Shown: positions 9,079 to 17,644, counted from the stretch's first letter. The stretch: 32,000 nucleotides of DNA from Candidatus Nanopusillus sp. (GCA_049414405.1 JBMSAQ010000008.1:1-32000); one strand, 5' to 3'. Notes: generated by a model from the sequence alone, not told the origin. Program-made: numbers and translations.

Positions 9079-10096
9079 TTATGAAAGAATTCCATTGATT
9101 TCTTATGTATTCTTCTTCATTTGTTTCCATCTTATATGATGGTTTTAATCTTATTCTATGAGGTAATATTGATAATAAAGATTCGAATATATGTTGGATT
9201 TCAACATTTTCTTTATTATCTATCATTGCTAATGCTTGGGTTTTTTCATAAATACCAATAGTGGATCTAACCGATGGTTTCCTTTCCAATTTATCATCTT
9301 TTCTTAATTTTTGTATAAATTCAATTGTTAATTCCAACAATTTTTCTGGAAAATTAACATCTAAATTTTTCCCGTATTTTAATATAATTTTCTTTTCTTC
9401 TTCAATATCTTTTGGATAATCCAAATTTATTATATCGAATCTATCTAGTAATACATCAGATATTTTTTCTGTTCCATAATAACTTTCAGGATTCATGGTA
9501 GCAATAAATATTATATCCAATGGTATTTGAAATTCATACATTCCAATTGTTATTTTCTTTTCTTCTAACAGTTCTAATAAACTATTTTGAACTTTTGGAG
9601 GAGCCCTATTTATTTCATCAAAAAACAATATGCCATGATGTGCCCGGAATATTTTCCCTGGTATAAAAGATTCTAAAGAATGTATACCATATTTTAATGC
9701 TTTTGAAGGATCAATATCTCCAATTAAATCTTCAACAGATAAATCATAAGAACCTTGTATTCTAATAAATCTATCTTCACCTTTTATTTTTATAAAAGGG
9801 CCTTCTCTCCATTTTTTTCTGTATTCTTCTGAGACAAAAGGGAATTCTTCGTATGCCCATAGTGGAATTCCATCCGGAAAATCTATTTCTGGCAATAGTT
9901 TTGCTATATTTTTTGCTAAAGTTGTTTTTCCAGTACCGGGAGGTCCAATTATTAATATATTTCTTCCGGAAATTAATGAAGATAATATTTGTCTTTTTGC
10001 ATTTTCTTGTCCAATTATAGAATCAAGGGGATCTTTTCTTTCCTTAACATAATTGTTAATTATTATTCTTCTTATCTCCTCCCTTATTTTAATCAT
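9056..10096 (-). CDS. AAA+ ATPase, ChlI/MoxR (Mg-chelatase subunit I-like) family
   Basis: Walker A GPPGTGKTT. Walker B and sensor region in ILFFDEINRAPPKVQNSLLELLEE...FIATMNPE...LLDRF. Confidence 0.8.
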   Translation of the reverse strand: MIKIREEIRRIIINNYVKERKDPLDSIIGQENAKRQILSSLISGRNILIIGPPGTGKTTLAKNIAKLLPEIDFPDGIPLWAYEEFPFVSEEYRKKWREGPFIKIKGEDRFIRIQGSYDLSVEDLIGDIDPSKALKYGIHSLESFIPGKIFRAHHGILFFDEINRAPPKVQNSLLELLEEKKITIGMYEFQIPLDIIFIATMNPESYYGTEKISDVLLDRFDIINLDYPKDIEEEKKIILKYGKNLDVNFPEKLLELTIEFIQKLRKDDKLERKPSVRSTIGIYEKTQALAMIDNKENVEIQHIFESLLSILPHRIRLKPSYKMETNEEEYIRNQWNSFIIGKDFRS

Positions 10097-10135
10097 AATT
10101 AATTATTTTATATCTTTCTTTAAAATATTATAATT

Positions 10136-10822
10136 ATGGTTGTATTCTATAACCTAAAGGGAGTAGTATTGGATCTGGATGGGACACTTATAAATAGCTT
10201 AAAGGTTTATGATGAAGTTCATAAAAAAGTATTGGGAAAATACAGTATAAATTTAGGTGGATCCTTAGATAATTCCGGAATGCCCTTAGAAGAAATAATA
10301 TACAATATAATAAGAAAATATAATTTAAACACATCAATTGAAGATTTAAAGAAAGAATTTGAGAATATAATAATAAATGAATATATAGAAAATATAAAAT
10401 TTAATCCAGGAGCAAAACAAATATTAAATTATTTTAAGGATAAAAAATATAAAATGGCAATTTTTACTTCAAATACTAGAAGATTAACAACAGAGATTTT
10501 AAAACGTCTACATATAGATAATTTATTTGATGTTATAATAACTTCTGATGATGTAAGACAGACAAAACCAGATCCAGAAGGTTATATTAAAATAGTAAGA
10601 GGATTTTTATTATTGCCAAATGAAATATTAGCGATAGAAGATTCGATATATGGTGTTATTGCTGCAAAAAGGGCTGGAATAAATGTAATAGGAGTTTCTA
10701 GTGGTGTAAATAAAAAAAGAGAACTACTTTCTGCTGGTGCTACGATGGTATTTAAAAATTTAAAGGAATTATATGACTATCTTATAAAAGAAGATAATAA
10801 GAATGATCAAAATAATAATTAA
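10136..10822 (+). CDS. HAD-superfamily (subfamily IA) phosphatase/beta-phosphoglucomutase-like hydrolase
   Basis: DLDGTLINS (DxDxT), FTSNTRR, KPDPEGY, EDSIYGVIAAKRAG. Confidence 0.8.
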   Translation: MVVFYNLKGVVLDLDGTLINSLKVYDEVHKKVLGKYSINLGGSLDNSGMPLEEIIYNIIRKYNLNTSIEDLKKEFENIIINEYIENIKFNPGAKQILNYFKDKKYKMAIFTSNTRRLTTEILKRLHIDNLFDVIITSDDVRQTKPDPEGYIKIVRGFLLLPNEILAIEDSIYGVIAAKRAGINVIGVSSGVNKKRELLSAGATMVFKNLKELYDYLIKEDNKNDQNNN

Positions 10823-11002
10823 TGTGATTAATAATATAATTGATAGTTGGTAAGAGTTTGATATTAATATTGGTATTGGGCCTATTAATATTAACCCGGC
10901 AAATTTTGTATTGGAAGAATTTGACAATAAATAAATAAATAATAAAATTATTGAAATAAATAAGAAAATAATTGCCAAAATTAGAAATATGTTATTGCTC
11001 AT
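10769..11002 (-). CDS. Small 2-3 TM membrane protein (DUF131-like, GPIPI motif)
   Basis: 77 aa and almost entirely hydrophobic, with LILIGPIPIL in the centre. Its start overlaps the upstream ORF's end by 11 nt. It overlaps the HAD 3' end convergently by 54 nt. Confidence 0.5.
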   Translation of the reverse strand: MSNNIFLILAIIFLFISIILLFIYLLSNSSNTKFAGLILIGPIPILISNSYQLSIILLITLIIILIILIIFFYKIVI

Positions 11003-11267
11003 CTATCTTTAATTTATAAAATTTTGAATGGCCAAAATGAACTATCAAATCAAACCCATATTTATCTAAATATATTGGTATATCACATCCGCCAAAATCA
11101 GATCCAAACCAAATATATATTTCAAGATCTTTATATTTTTCCTTTATTTTATCATATAATTCTTTTGAATATGGTTTTAGCCCATCGGGAAATTGTAATA
11201 ATACTTTTTTATATTTTTTTCTATCTAATATTTCAAATATTTTATCTAATTCAAAATCTATCTCCAT
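10992..11267 (-). CDS. Diphthamide synthase Dph2, N-terminal domain only (91 aa fragment or split gene)
   Basis: KKVLLQFPDGLKPYSKELYDKI...GSDFGGCDIPIYLDKYGFDLIVHFGHS aligns with the first ~85 aa of archaeal Dph2 (~340 aa), including the first Fe-S Cys (GxCD). There is no continuation in any frame. Confidence 0.7.
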   Translation of the reverse strand: MEIDFELDKIFEILDRKKYKKVLLQFPDGLKPYSKELYDKIKEKYKDLEIYIWFGSDFGGCDIPIYLDKYGFDLIVHFGHSKFYKLKIDEQ

Positions 11268-12013
11268 TTAAATATTTTTAATATATTATCTATAAGGCTA
11301 TTTCTAATTTCTAAACTCTTTCCAGTTATTTCTTCTGCAATTTTTATTATATCTTTAGATGCTATAGAATTTATATTGTAGTCTATCAGAGGTATACCCT
11401 TATCCATTGAAATTTGTACATTTTTATCGTAATGAATTACTCCAATTATTTGTTTTTTAAAAAATCTTTCAATTCTTATATAATTCACTCGTCCTTTAAT
11501 TTTATTTAAAACAATCCCAAAAGTTTTTATATCCAAATTATCTAAAACTTTTGTAACTCTGTATGCATCTATCAATGATGATTTTTCAACATTTGTTATC
11601 AATATTACTTCTTCTGAAGCTTTTAATGCCTCTACTGCTTCTTTGCCAATTCCAGCGGCAGAATCTATGATAATATAATCGAAATCATCATATATCTTTA
11701 TTATTCCCTTATGTAATTTTTCTGTAGAAATATATATTAAGTCCTTTATATCTAAACTTCCAGGAATTATATAAAAATTTTCTTTATACTCTTTTATACA
11801 GTCATCTATATCAATCTCACTCCTTAAAAATTTATGTATATTGTTATTTTCATTACCTAATCCAAGATTTATTGATACATTTGGTGTACTTAAGTTAAAA
11901 TCAATTAATAATGTTTTAAAATTTAATAATGAGACAGCTCTAGATAAATTTATAGAAAAGAAAGTTTTTCCTACCCCACCTTTTCCAGAGGATATTGTAT
12001 ATACTTTTGCCAT
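11258..12013 (-). CDS. minD: MinD/ParA-family P-loop ATPase
   Basis: Deviant Walker A SSGKGGVGKT, IIIDSAAG, and archaeal MinD-like length (251 aa). Confidence 0.85.
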   Translation of the reverse strand: MAKVYTISSGKGGVGKTFFSINLSRAVSLLNFKTLLIDFNLSTPNVSINLGLGNENNNIHKFLRSEIDIDDCIKEYKENFYIIPGSLDIKDLIYISTEKLHKGIIKIYDDFDYIIIDSAAGIGKEAVEALKASEEVILITNVEKSSLIDAYRVTKVLDNLDIKTFGIVLNKIKGRVNYIRIERFFKKQIIGVIHYDKNVQISMDKGIPLIDYNINSIASKDIIKIAEEITGKSLEIRNSLIDNILKIFKWR

Positions 12014-12465
12014 TATATATATTTATTAATAATCGTAGAAAATTTTTTAACAGATTCTGTAATATCTTTTAACATTTTTATATTTATTTCAAATTCTTCT
12101 CCACCTATTGTCTTAAATTTTATAACCATACTTTTTCTATATTCATTTATTATCTTTGCATCAGCATTTAAAGCAAGTTTTAATAGTTTATAATACCTTA
12201 ATGATTCTTCAAGTTCTTTGTCCTTTGTGATTTCGATTATTTTTTTATATCTTTTGATTGGGTTATTTGGAATTTCATCAATCTTTTTATTTTCATATAG
12301 TTTCTTAAAATATAATTCAATTGAATAGTCATAATATTCAATAACTGCTTTTATAAAACTTTTAACAGTTTCCAACCCCTTATTATTCTTTAATGAAACA
12401 TTAAATATATGCAAAACTTCCTTATATCTTCTATTATATTCTAAATCTTCTTCTAAATTAGGCAT
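12013..12465 (-). CDS. Hypothetical helical protein, first gene of the MinD operon
   Basis: 150-aa ORF whose stop overlaps the minD start by 1 nt. K/E/Y-rich with no recognisable motif. Confidence 0.5.
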   Translation of the reverse strand: MPNLEEDLEYNRRYKEVLHIFNVSLKNNKGLETVKSFIKAVIEYYDYSIELYFKKLYENKKIDEIPNNPIKRYKKIIEITKDKELEESLRYYKLLKLALNADAKIINEYRKSMVIKFKTIGGEEFEINIKMLKDITESVKKFSTIINKYI

Positions 12466-12613
12466 GATATATAAATATTTGCAATATATACTAAAGCCGC
12501 AAAAATAATTATAAATATTATTACTTTATTTCTATTTAATTTTATTTTTGACTTTTCTTTTCCAAACCTATATAGCCCAAGGTACGCAAATAATGGCACA
12601 CGGTCAGACATAA

Positions 12614-12621
12614 TTTATATA
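12614..12621 (+). promoter_or_regulatory. Archaeal TATA box (TTTATATA) for the structured RNA starting near 12644
   Basis: Canonical TTTAWATA-type octamer. Its centre lies ~26 nt upstream of the first base of the terminal helix (G12644). Confidence 0.55.
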
Positions 12622-12643
12622 GTTGGAAGAAATATATAAAAAG

Positions 12644-12873
12644 GTGGCCGTAGGAAGGTCTGCTTACCGATAAGCCACCGAGGAATCGGAGGGGGAAACC
12701 CTTGGCTACATAACCAGAAATCACGGGCATATACTCGATGAAGATGAAGAGTCAATACCCAGAGGTAACTCTGGGTAAACTTGGAGAGGGTGTATGTACC
12801 TTGAGAAGTATGTCCTGGCGGTACAAGGCCTGTCCGCTTAGAAAAATATATACTAAAAGCAGCCTACGGCCAC
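12644..12873 (+). ncRNA. Structured ~230-nt RNA, best read as a miniaturised RNase P RNA
   Basis: GC-rich island. Terminal helix GUGGCCGUAGG (12644-12654) / CCUACGGCCAC (12863-12873). CR-I-like AGGAAGGUCUGCUU (12652-12665) pairs with AAGCAGCCU (12857-12865) around a bulged U12659, which is a P4-like arrangement. P8/P9-like tetraloop hairpins at 12678-12689 (GGAA) and 12691-12702 (GGGG-GAAA-CCCU). ACCAGAAA at 12713-12720. GUAA hairpin at 12758-12775, then GUAAACUUGGAG. CUGUCC at 12830-12835. Loops are GNRA/GNAR only on the + strand. Confidence 0.55.
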
Positions 12874-12876
12874 ACA

Positions 12877-14589
12877 TTAATAACTTTTTCCAACATATAC
12901 ATAATATTTTACATTTGTATTGCAAAAAATACATTTTTTATTCTTTGCATCTTCTGGTATAACATCTGTTCCTCTTACATCTAATGAATATTTTTCTTTA
13001 ATATTCTTTGCACATTCTTCTCTCATACAAAAAGGAACCTTAAATGCTACATTTTTATCTAAATTATTTTCCAAATCCTTTAAACTGTCTATTTTTAATA
13101 TTTTATTTTCAAAATACTTTCTTGCCCTTTCCTTAATCTCTTTATCATATTCAATAATTAACCTATCTAACTCATTTAATAAATTTTCTAGTTTAACTTC
13201 ATAATTTTTTGATTTACTGTCATATTGCCTTACGGATATTGTAACTGTATTTTTTTCTAATTCTTTTTTTCCGATAGATATCCTAAATGGTACCCCCATT
13301 AATTCGTATTGATTAAATTTCCATCCAGGACTTTTTGTATCATCTTTATCAATTTTTACTCTATATTTTTCTTTTAATAAATTATATACATCTTCACAAT
13401 ATTTTAATATTTTACTTCTTTCATCTTCAGAATAATATATTGGAATGATTATTATTTGAATGTGGGATATTTCAAAAGGTAATATTAAACCTTTATTATC
13501 TCCATGTATTGAAATTACTGCACTTAAGGTTCTCATAGATATTCCAAATGATGTTTGCCAAACAAATTTCTTATTGACTAATTTATTTTCATTAAATTTA
13601 TTTTTAATTATATTATTCATTTTGTTTATTAAATTCTTATTATCTTCAGATATATTTCCATCAAATTCGATGTTTTCTTCATAAGATCTGATTGATTCTT
13701 TATTGTTATTATCATATAATCTTATTTTTATTTTATCTTCAATAATTTCTATTTCATATCTGTAATTATTTTCATTAAAGGCCTCGAATTTGTTTTTATC
13801 TATTTTTATAAATGGATGTTCATCCTCAAAAATAATATTAAATGCTTTAGAAAAATTTCTCCCCAATAAGTGTGTAGTTCCAATTTGTAAAAACTTTCCA
13901 TCCGGCAATATAGTATCTGCAGCAAATGTGTAATCTGCTCCAGCAAATTTATCCCAATCTGGTCTTTTTATCCATATGTGTGGTACTGATAAATGATCCC
14001 AAAAAACTTTTGAATATATTTCTATAGATTTCTTTATCGTTTTTTCAGCATCATCCAAATCCCTATGTGCTGTATGTGCTTCGTTCCATAAAATTTCTCT
14101 TCCTCTAACCAATGGTTTTGTTGCTTTAGTTTCATATCTATATACAGTATTTGTCATGTAAGTTAATAGAGGTAGATCTCTATATGATCTTATCCATAAA
14201 GAAAACATGTAATACATTTCTGTTTCAGATGTCGGTCTTAATATGTATTTTATTTCTTTTTCTTCTTCTACAGGTTTTGAGGGAGTAACATAAAATACTT
14301 CAGATTCAAAACCTTTTATATGTTCACTTTCTCTCTTAAATATATCATACGGAATTAATATTGGAAACCAGTAAGGTTCAAATCCACACTTTTCTAATTC
14401 ATTTTCTAAAATATTTAATATTTTCTTAATTGCAAAATATCCATTTGGATAGTAGACAGGCATTCCTTTTATAGGATATCTATCATCAATGATTTTAGAA
14501 ATTCTTATTATGTCGTTATACCATTCAGAAAAATTGACATTTTTATTTAAAATGCTCTCTTTCATAGTAGAAAAATCACAGTGATACAT
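12877..14589 (-). CDS. proS: Prolyl-tRNA synthetase (archaeal/eukaryotic type) with an ~80-aa insertion; the true start may be M9 (14565)
   Basis: FSEWYNDII..., RPTSETEMY, TYMTNTVYRYE, RGREILWNEAHTAH, QTSFGISMR, and a C-terminal Zn-like CMREEC...CIFC domain ending in Y. Confidence 0.9.
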   Translation of the reverse strand: MYHCDFSTMKESILNKNVNFSEWYNDIIRISKIIDDRYPIKGMPVYYPNGYFAIKKILNILENELEKCGFEPYWFPILIPYDIFKRESEHIKGFESEVFYVTPSKPVEEEKEIKYILRPTSETEMYYMFSLWIRSYRDLPLLTYMTNTVYRYETKATKPLVRGREILWNEAHTAHRDLDDAEKTIKKSIEIYSKVFWDHLSVPHIWIKRPDWDKFAGADYTFAADTILPDGKFLQIGTTHLLGRNFSKAFNIIFEDEHPFIKIDKNKFEAFNENNYRYEIEIIEDKIKIRLYDNNNKESIRSYEENIEFDGNISEDNKNLINKMNNIIKNKFNENKLVNKKFVWQTSFGISMRTLSAVISIHGDNKGLILPFEISHIQIIIIPIYYSEDERSKILKYCEDVYNLLKEKYRVKIDKDDTKSPGWKFNQYELMGVPFRISIGKKELEKNTVTISVRQYDSKSKNYEVKLENLLNELDRLIIEYDKEIKERARKYFENKILKIDSLKDLENNLDKNVAFKVPFCMREECAKNIKEKYSLDVRGTDVIPEDAKNKKCIFCNTNVKYYVYVGKSY

Positions 14590-14617
14590 TTTTAAATATT
14601 ACATTATTTAATATTAT

Positions 14618-14648
14618 GTATATGATCTTCTCTACATAAGGTAGAGAA
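14618..14648 (+). promoter_or_regulatory. Putative 23S rRNA promoter module: GTATATGAT (14618-14626), then N14, then GTAGAGAA (14641-14648)
   Basis: The same two blocks occur upstream of the 16S gene with 24-nt rather than 23-nt spacing. GTAGAGAAG is also the 3' arm of a 9-bp hairpin (14627-14649). Confidence 0.5.
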
Positions 14649-14680
14649 GTGAGCCTGATGATAATAGATGAGGGGGATGA

Positions 14681-14699
14681 GAGGGAATATATAGTCTCA
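14681..14699 (+). other. 5' strand of the 23S pre-rRNA processing stem (pairs with 17615-17633)
   Basis: gagggaatatatagtctca is the exact reverse complement of tgagactatatattccctc, giving a 19-bp perfect helix. GGGG (14673-14676) / CCCC (17636-17639) extend it across bulges. Confidence 0.85.
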
Positions 14700-17614
14700 G
14701 GAACCCGCCCGGTGGATGCCTTGGCTCGGAAGCCGAAGAAGGGCGCGGCAAGCTGCGAAAAGCCAGAGGGAGGTGCATGCAACCGTTGATCTCCGGATTC
14801 CCGAATGGGATATCCTGCCGAAAGGCATCCCGTAAGGGAAGGGAACGCGGGGAAGTGAAACATCTTAGTACCCGCAGGAATAAAAAACAAATTGTGATTT
14901 CCCGAGTAGGGGCGACCGAAAAGGAATAAGCCCAAACCGAATCCTCTAAAGTAATTTAGAGGAGATGTGGGGTAAAGGAGCGGGAGCTTCCCGTTATTGT
15001 ATTCTTAGAACTCCGGTGGAAGTCCGGGGCCGTAGAGGGTGACAGCCCCGTATGAGAATACAATAACGGAATTTCCCGTTTCCGGAGTACTGGCGGTTGG
15101 ATTTCCGTTGGGAATTTGGGGGAAACTAGCCCCCAAGGCTAAATACTCTCCGAGTCCGATAGTGTATCAGTAGGGCGACCGAAAGGTGAAAAGAACCCTT
15201 GGCAGGGGGTGAAAAGAGCCTGAAACCGGGCGGGGATAGTCTGGTAGGGCTAGTTAAGCATTCCATCTGGGAAAATCTGGTGACGGATGAGTACCAGATA
15301 GGATGCTAGCTGGTTCTACCGTGAGTTTGGAAGAACTTGCGGGGGAGTATACCCAAGTGGCGAGGTTAAGGTTTATACCGAAGCCACAGGGAAACCGAAA
15401 GCCCGCAACCTGGGCTTTCCCAGGTGAGGGGCGCCGTCTCATAAGGGCGGTTTAGTCACTCGGGTATGACCGGAAGCCGGGCGATCTACCCCGGGGCAGG
15501 GTGAAGCGGGGTTTCCCGTGGAGGCCCGAAGAGGTGGAGCTTACTCTTCTCATGACCCCGGGGTAGAGGTGAAAAGCCACTCGGGCCCGGTGATAGCCGG
15601 TCCCCGCCGAAACTGACCCCAGCCAGGTCTCGGGTTAGGATCCCTATGGTGTAGAGCGACGGATTCTGTACGGGTTTCCGTACGGAGTCCAACTCCGAAG
15701 CTATAGGGTCCGTAGCCCGGGAAACGGGGGTTGCGGGAAAGCCGCAACTCCGAGACGGGAACAACCGAGACCGAGGTTAAGGCCCCAAAGTGCTGGCTAA
15801 ACGATGCTGAAGGAGTCTGCCCCCTAAGACATCGGGGATGTGGGCCTAATAGTGGCTATCATCTAAGGAGTGTGTAACAACTCACCCGACGAGGGGGTAG
15901 GCTCCGAAAACGGACGGGTCTAAGCCAGCCGCCGAGACCTCGGTCCGCTGGCAAATGCCAGCGCGAGGTAGGCGGGCGTCCCGATGGCCTAGAAGGGTTC
16001 CTGAAAGGGAGCCTGGAGCCGTTGGGAATGAAGATCCCCGCGGTAGTAAGAATTAGACGGGTGAGAATCCCGTCGGCCGAAAGGGGAAAGGTATCCCAGG
16101 CAATGAAGATCAGCCTGGGGTTAGTCGATCCTAATCCAGGCTCCGAGAGGAGTCTGGAGAAAGGGAAAGGGGTTAATATTCCCCTACCGCCCCGATAGAT
16201 GCGGCAACGCAACGCCCTTTCCTGACTCGGAGGGCTAGGCATACATGGGGGTGGGGTAAAACCCACTTACTGTGCCAAGGGGGATAGGACCGGGGAGTAC
16301 CGTCATGGTGAGAACCGGTCTAAACCCTGATGGGCCCGAAAGGGTTACGCTGAGGCCTTCCGGCAATGAAAAGGGAAAGGGTGCGATTCGGGGCGATCGT
16401 ACCGAAATCCAGCATAGGTCCCCTGGGTGAGAAGCCTAAGGCCGTGGGGGTCAAGCCGGTCTAGGGAACTTGGCAAATTGGTCCCGTAACTTCGGGAGAA
16501 GGGATGTCTGCGGTGTGGACCGCAGGTCGCAGTGACAAGGACGGGCGGACTGTTTATCAAAAACATAGCTCCCAGCAAGCCCGAAAGGGTTTGTACTGGG
16601 GGTGACGTCTGCTCGGTGCCGGTATCTGAATCCCCCGTTCAAGGGGGGTAAGGACCGGTAAACGGCGGGGGTAACTCTGACCCTCTTAAGGTAGCGTAAT
16701 GCCTTGCCAGTTAAATGCTGGCTCTGCGAACGACGTAACTAGCCCGTCACTGTCCCGGGCCGGCGCCCCCTGAAAAGCTATCCTGGTGAGAAGGCCAGGG
16801 ACTTCCGATGGGTAAGAAAGACCCCGTGAAGCTTAACCGCAGCCTGTTGTTGCTCTGAAGAACCTGGTGTGTAGGGTAGCGGGGAGCAATGAATTCCTGC
16901 CGCTAGGTAGGGAGGATGCGACGATGAAACACCCGCCTCTGGGTTCTTCAGGGCTAACTTGAAAGGGGACAGCGGCAGGTGGGCGGTTTGGCTGGGGCGG
17001 CACCCTGCCGAAAAGATATCGGCAGGGTCCATAAGGTCAGCTCAGGCGGGTCAGAAATCCGCCGTAGAGGACAAGGCCAAAAGCTGGCTTGACTGCGCCC
17101 TGACCATCAAGGGGCGCAGGGGGGAAACCTAGGCCTAGCGAACCCCGTACTCTCACTAGTGGGGGTACGGGCTGGCGGAAAAGCTACTCCGGGGGTAACA
17201 GCGCCGTCGCGGGCGAGAGCCCCCATTGACCCCGCGGTTTGCGACATCGATGTCGTCTCTCTCCATCCTGGTGGTGCAGAAGCCGCCAAGGGTGGGGGTG
17301 TCCACCCATTAAAGGGGATCGTGAGATGGGTTCAGAACGCCGCGAGGCAGTTCGGTTATAACTGTCGGAAGTGCTGGCCGCCTGAGGGGAAGGTCCGCCT
17401 AGTACGAAAGGAACGGCGGGCCGGGGCCTCTGGTGTACGGGCTGTCCGAGAAGGGCATGCCCGGTAGCTACGCCTCAGGGGATAAGCCCTGAAAGCATCT
17501 AAGGGTGAAGCCCCTCTCAAAAATAGGCGGCCGTTAAGGGGTCGGATAAAAGATCCGGCTCAGAGCGGCGGTGTAAGCTCCGAAGAGGAGTTCAGCCGAC
17601 CGCTTGAAGTCCCG
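14700..17614 (+). rRNA. 23S (LSU) rRNA; ends approximate
   Basis: GGUGGAUGCCUUGGC at 14711-14725. PTC-region blocks (...AUCGAUGUCG..., GGGUUCAGAACG...). Sarcin-ricin loop at 17401-17414. About 2.9 kb and GC-rich. No AT-rich insertion suggesting an intron. Confidence 0.95.
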
Positions 17615-17644
17615 TGAGACTATATATTCCCTCGACCCCAAATT

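Noticed and set aside
12566-12612. Second small GC-richer patch (agcccaaggtacgcaaataatggcacacggtcagac) upstream of the RNA gene. Considered as a split-tRNA half, an H/ACA or C/D sRNA, or the missing P2/P3 of RNase P.
   Set aside because: - I could draw no acceptor, D-arm or T-arm, no C/D boxes and no convincing hairpin.
- It has 8-nt (CAAGGUAC with 12797-12804) and 6/7-nt (CGGUCAG with CUGUCCG) complementarities to the RNA.
- However, it lies 5' of the terminal helix and of the TATA box, which is topologically incompatible with P2/P3.

Left unresolved. RNA-seq would decide.
12614-12640. TTTATATA (12614-12621) and TATATAAA (12633-12640) as an 8-bp AU hairpin, possibly P3
   Set aside because: The octamer is nearly self-complementary by nature. 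An all-A:U stem is implausible in a thermophile RNA. The simpler reading is one or two TATA boxes in opposite orientation.
12644-12873. Alternative reading of the structured RNA as SRP (7S) RNA, or as a - strand gene
   Set aside because: - There is no Alu-domain UGUAAU-type motif.
- There is no compact helix-8 arrangement. AGGUC and AGCAGCC are ~200 nt apart instead of flanking a GNAR loop.
- On the - strand all hairpin loops become UUAC/UUUC/UUCC instead of GNRA/GNAR.

This alternative still needs a covariance-model test.
12542-12962. Track ORFs 12542-12730 (-), 12738-12962 (+) and 12752-12934 (-)
   Set aside because: They overlap the structured RNA at 12644-12873 and the 3' end of proS. 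They have no protein-like features, and the region is better explained as an ncRNA gene.
13570-13818. ProRS insertion as an intein or mobile insertion
   Set aside because: It has no Cys/Ser/Thr at the N-junction, no His-Asn plus nucleophile at the C-junction, and no endonuclease motifs. It is low-complexity sequence like the host proteome.
14655-14662. CUGAUGA (C-box-like) in the 23S leader
   Set aside because: There is no matching D box (CUGA) at a suitable distance and no terminal stem. It is likely fortuitous.
14576-17467. Ten track ORFs (e.g. 14576-14935, 15859-16266, 17159-17467) with Pro/Arg/Gly-rich translations
   Set aside because: They lie entirely within the GC-rich 23S rRNA gene. 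Their composition is an artefact of translating rRNA.
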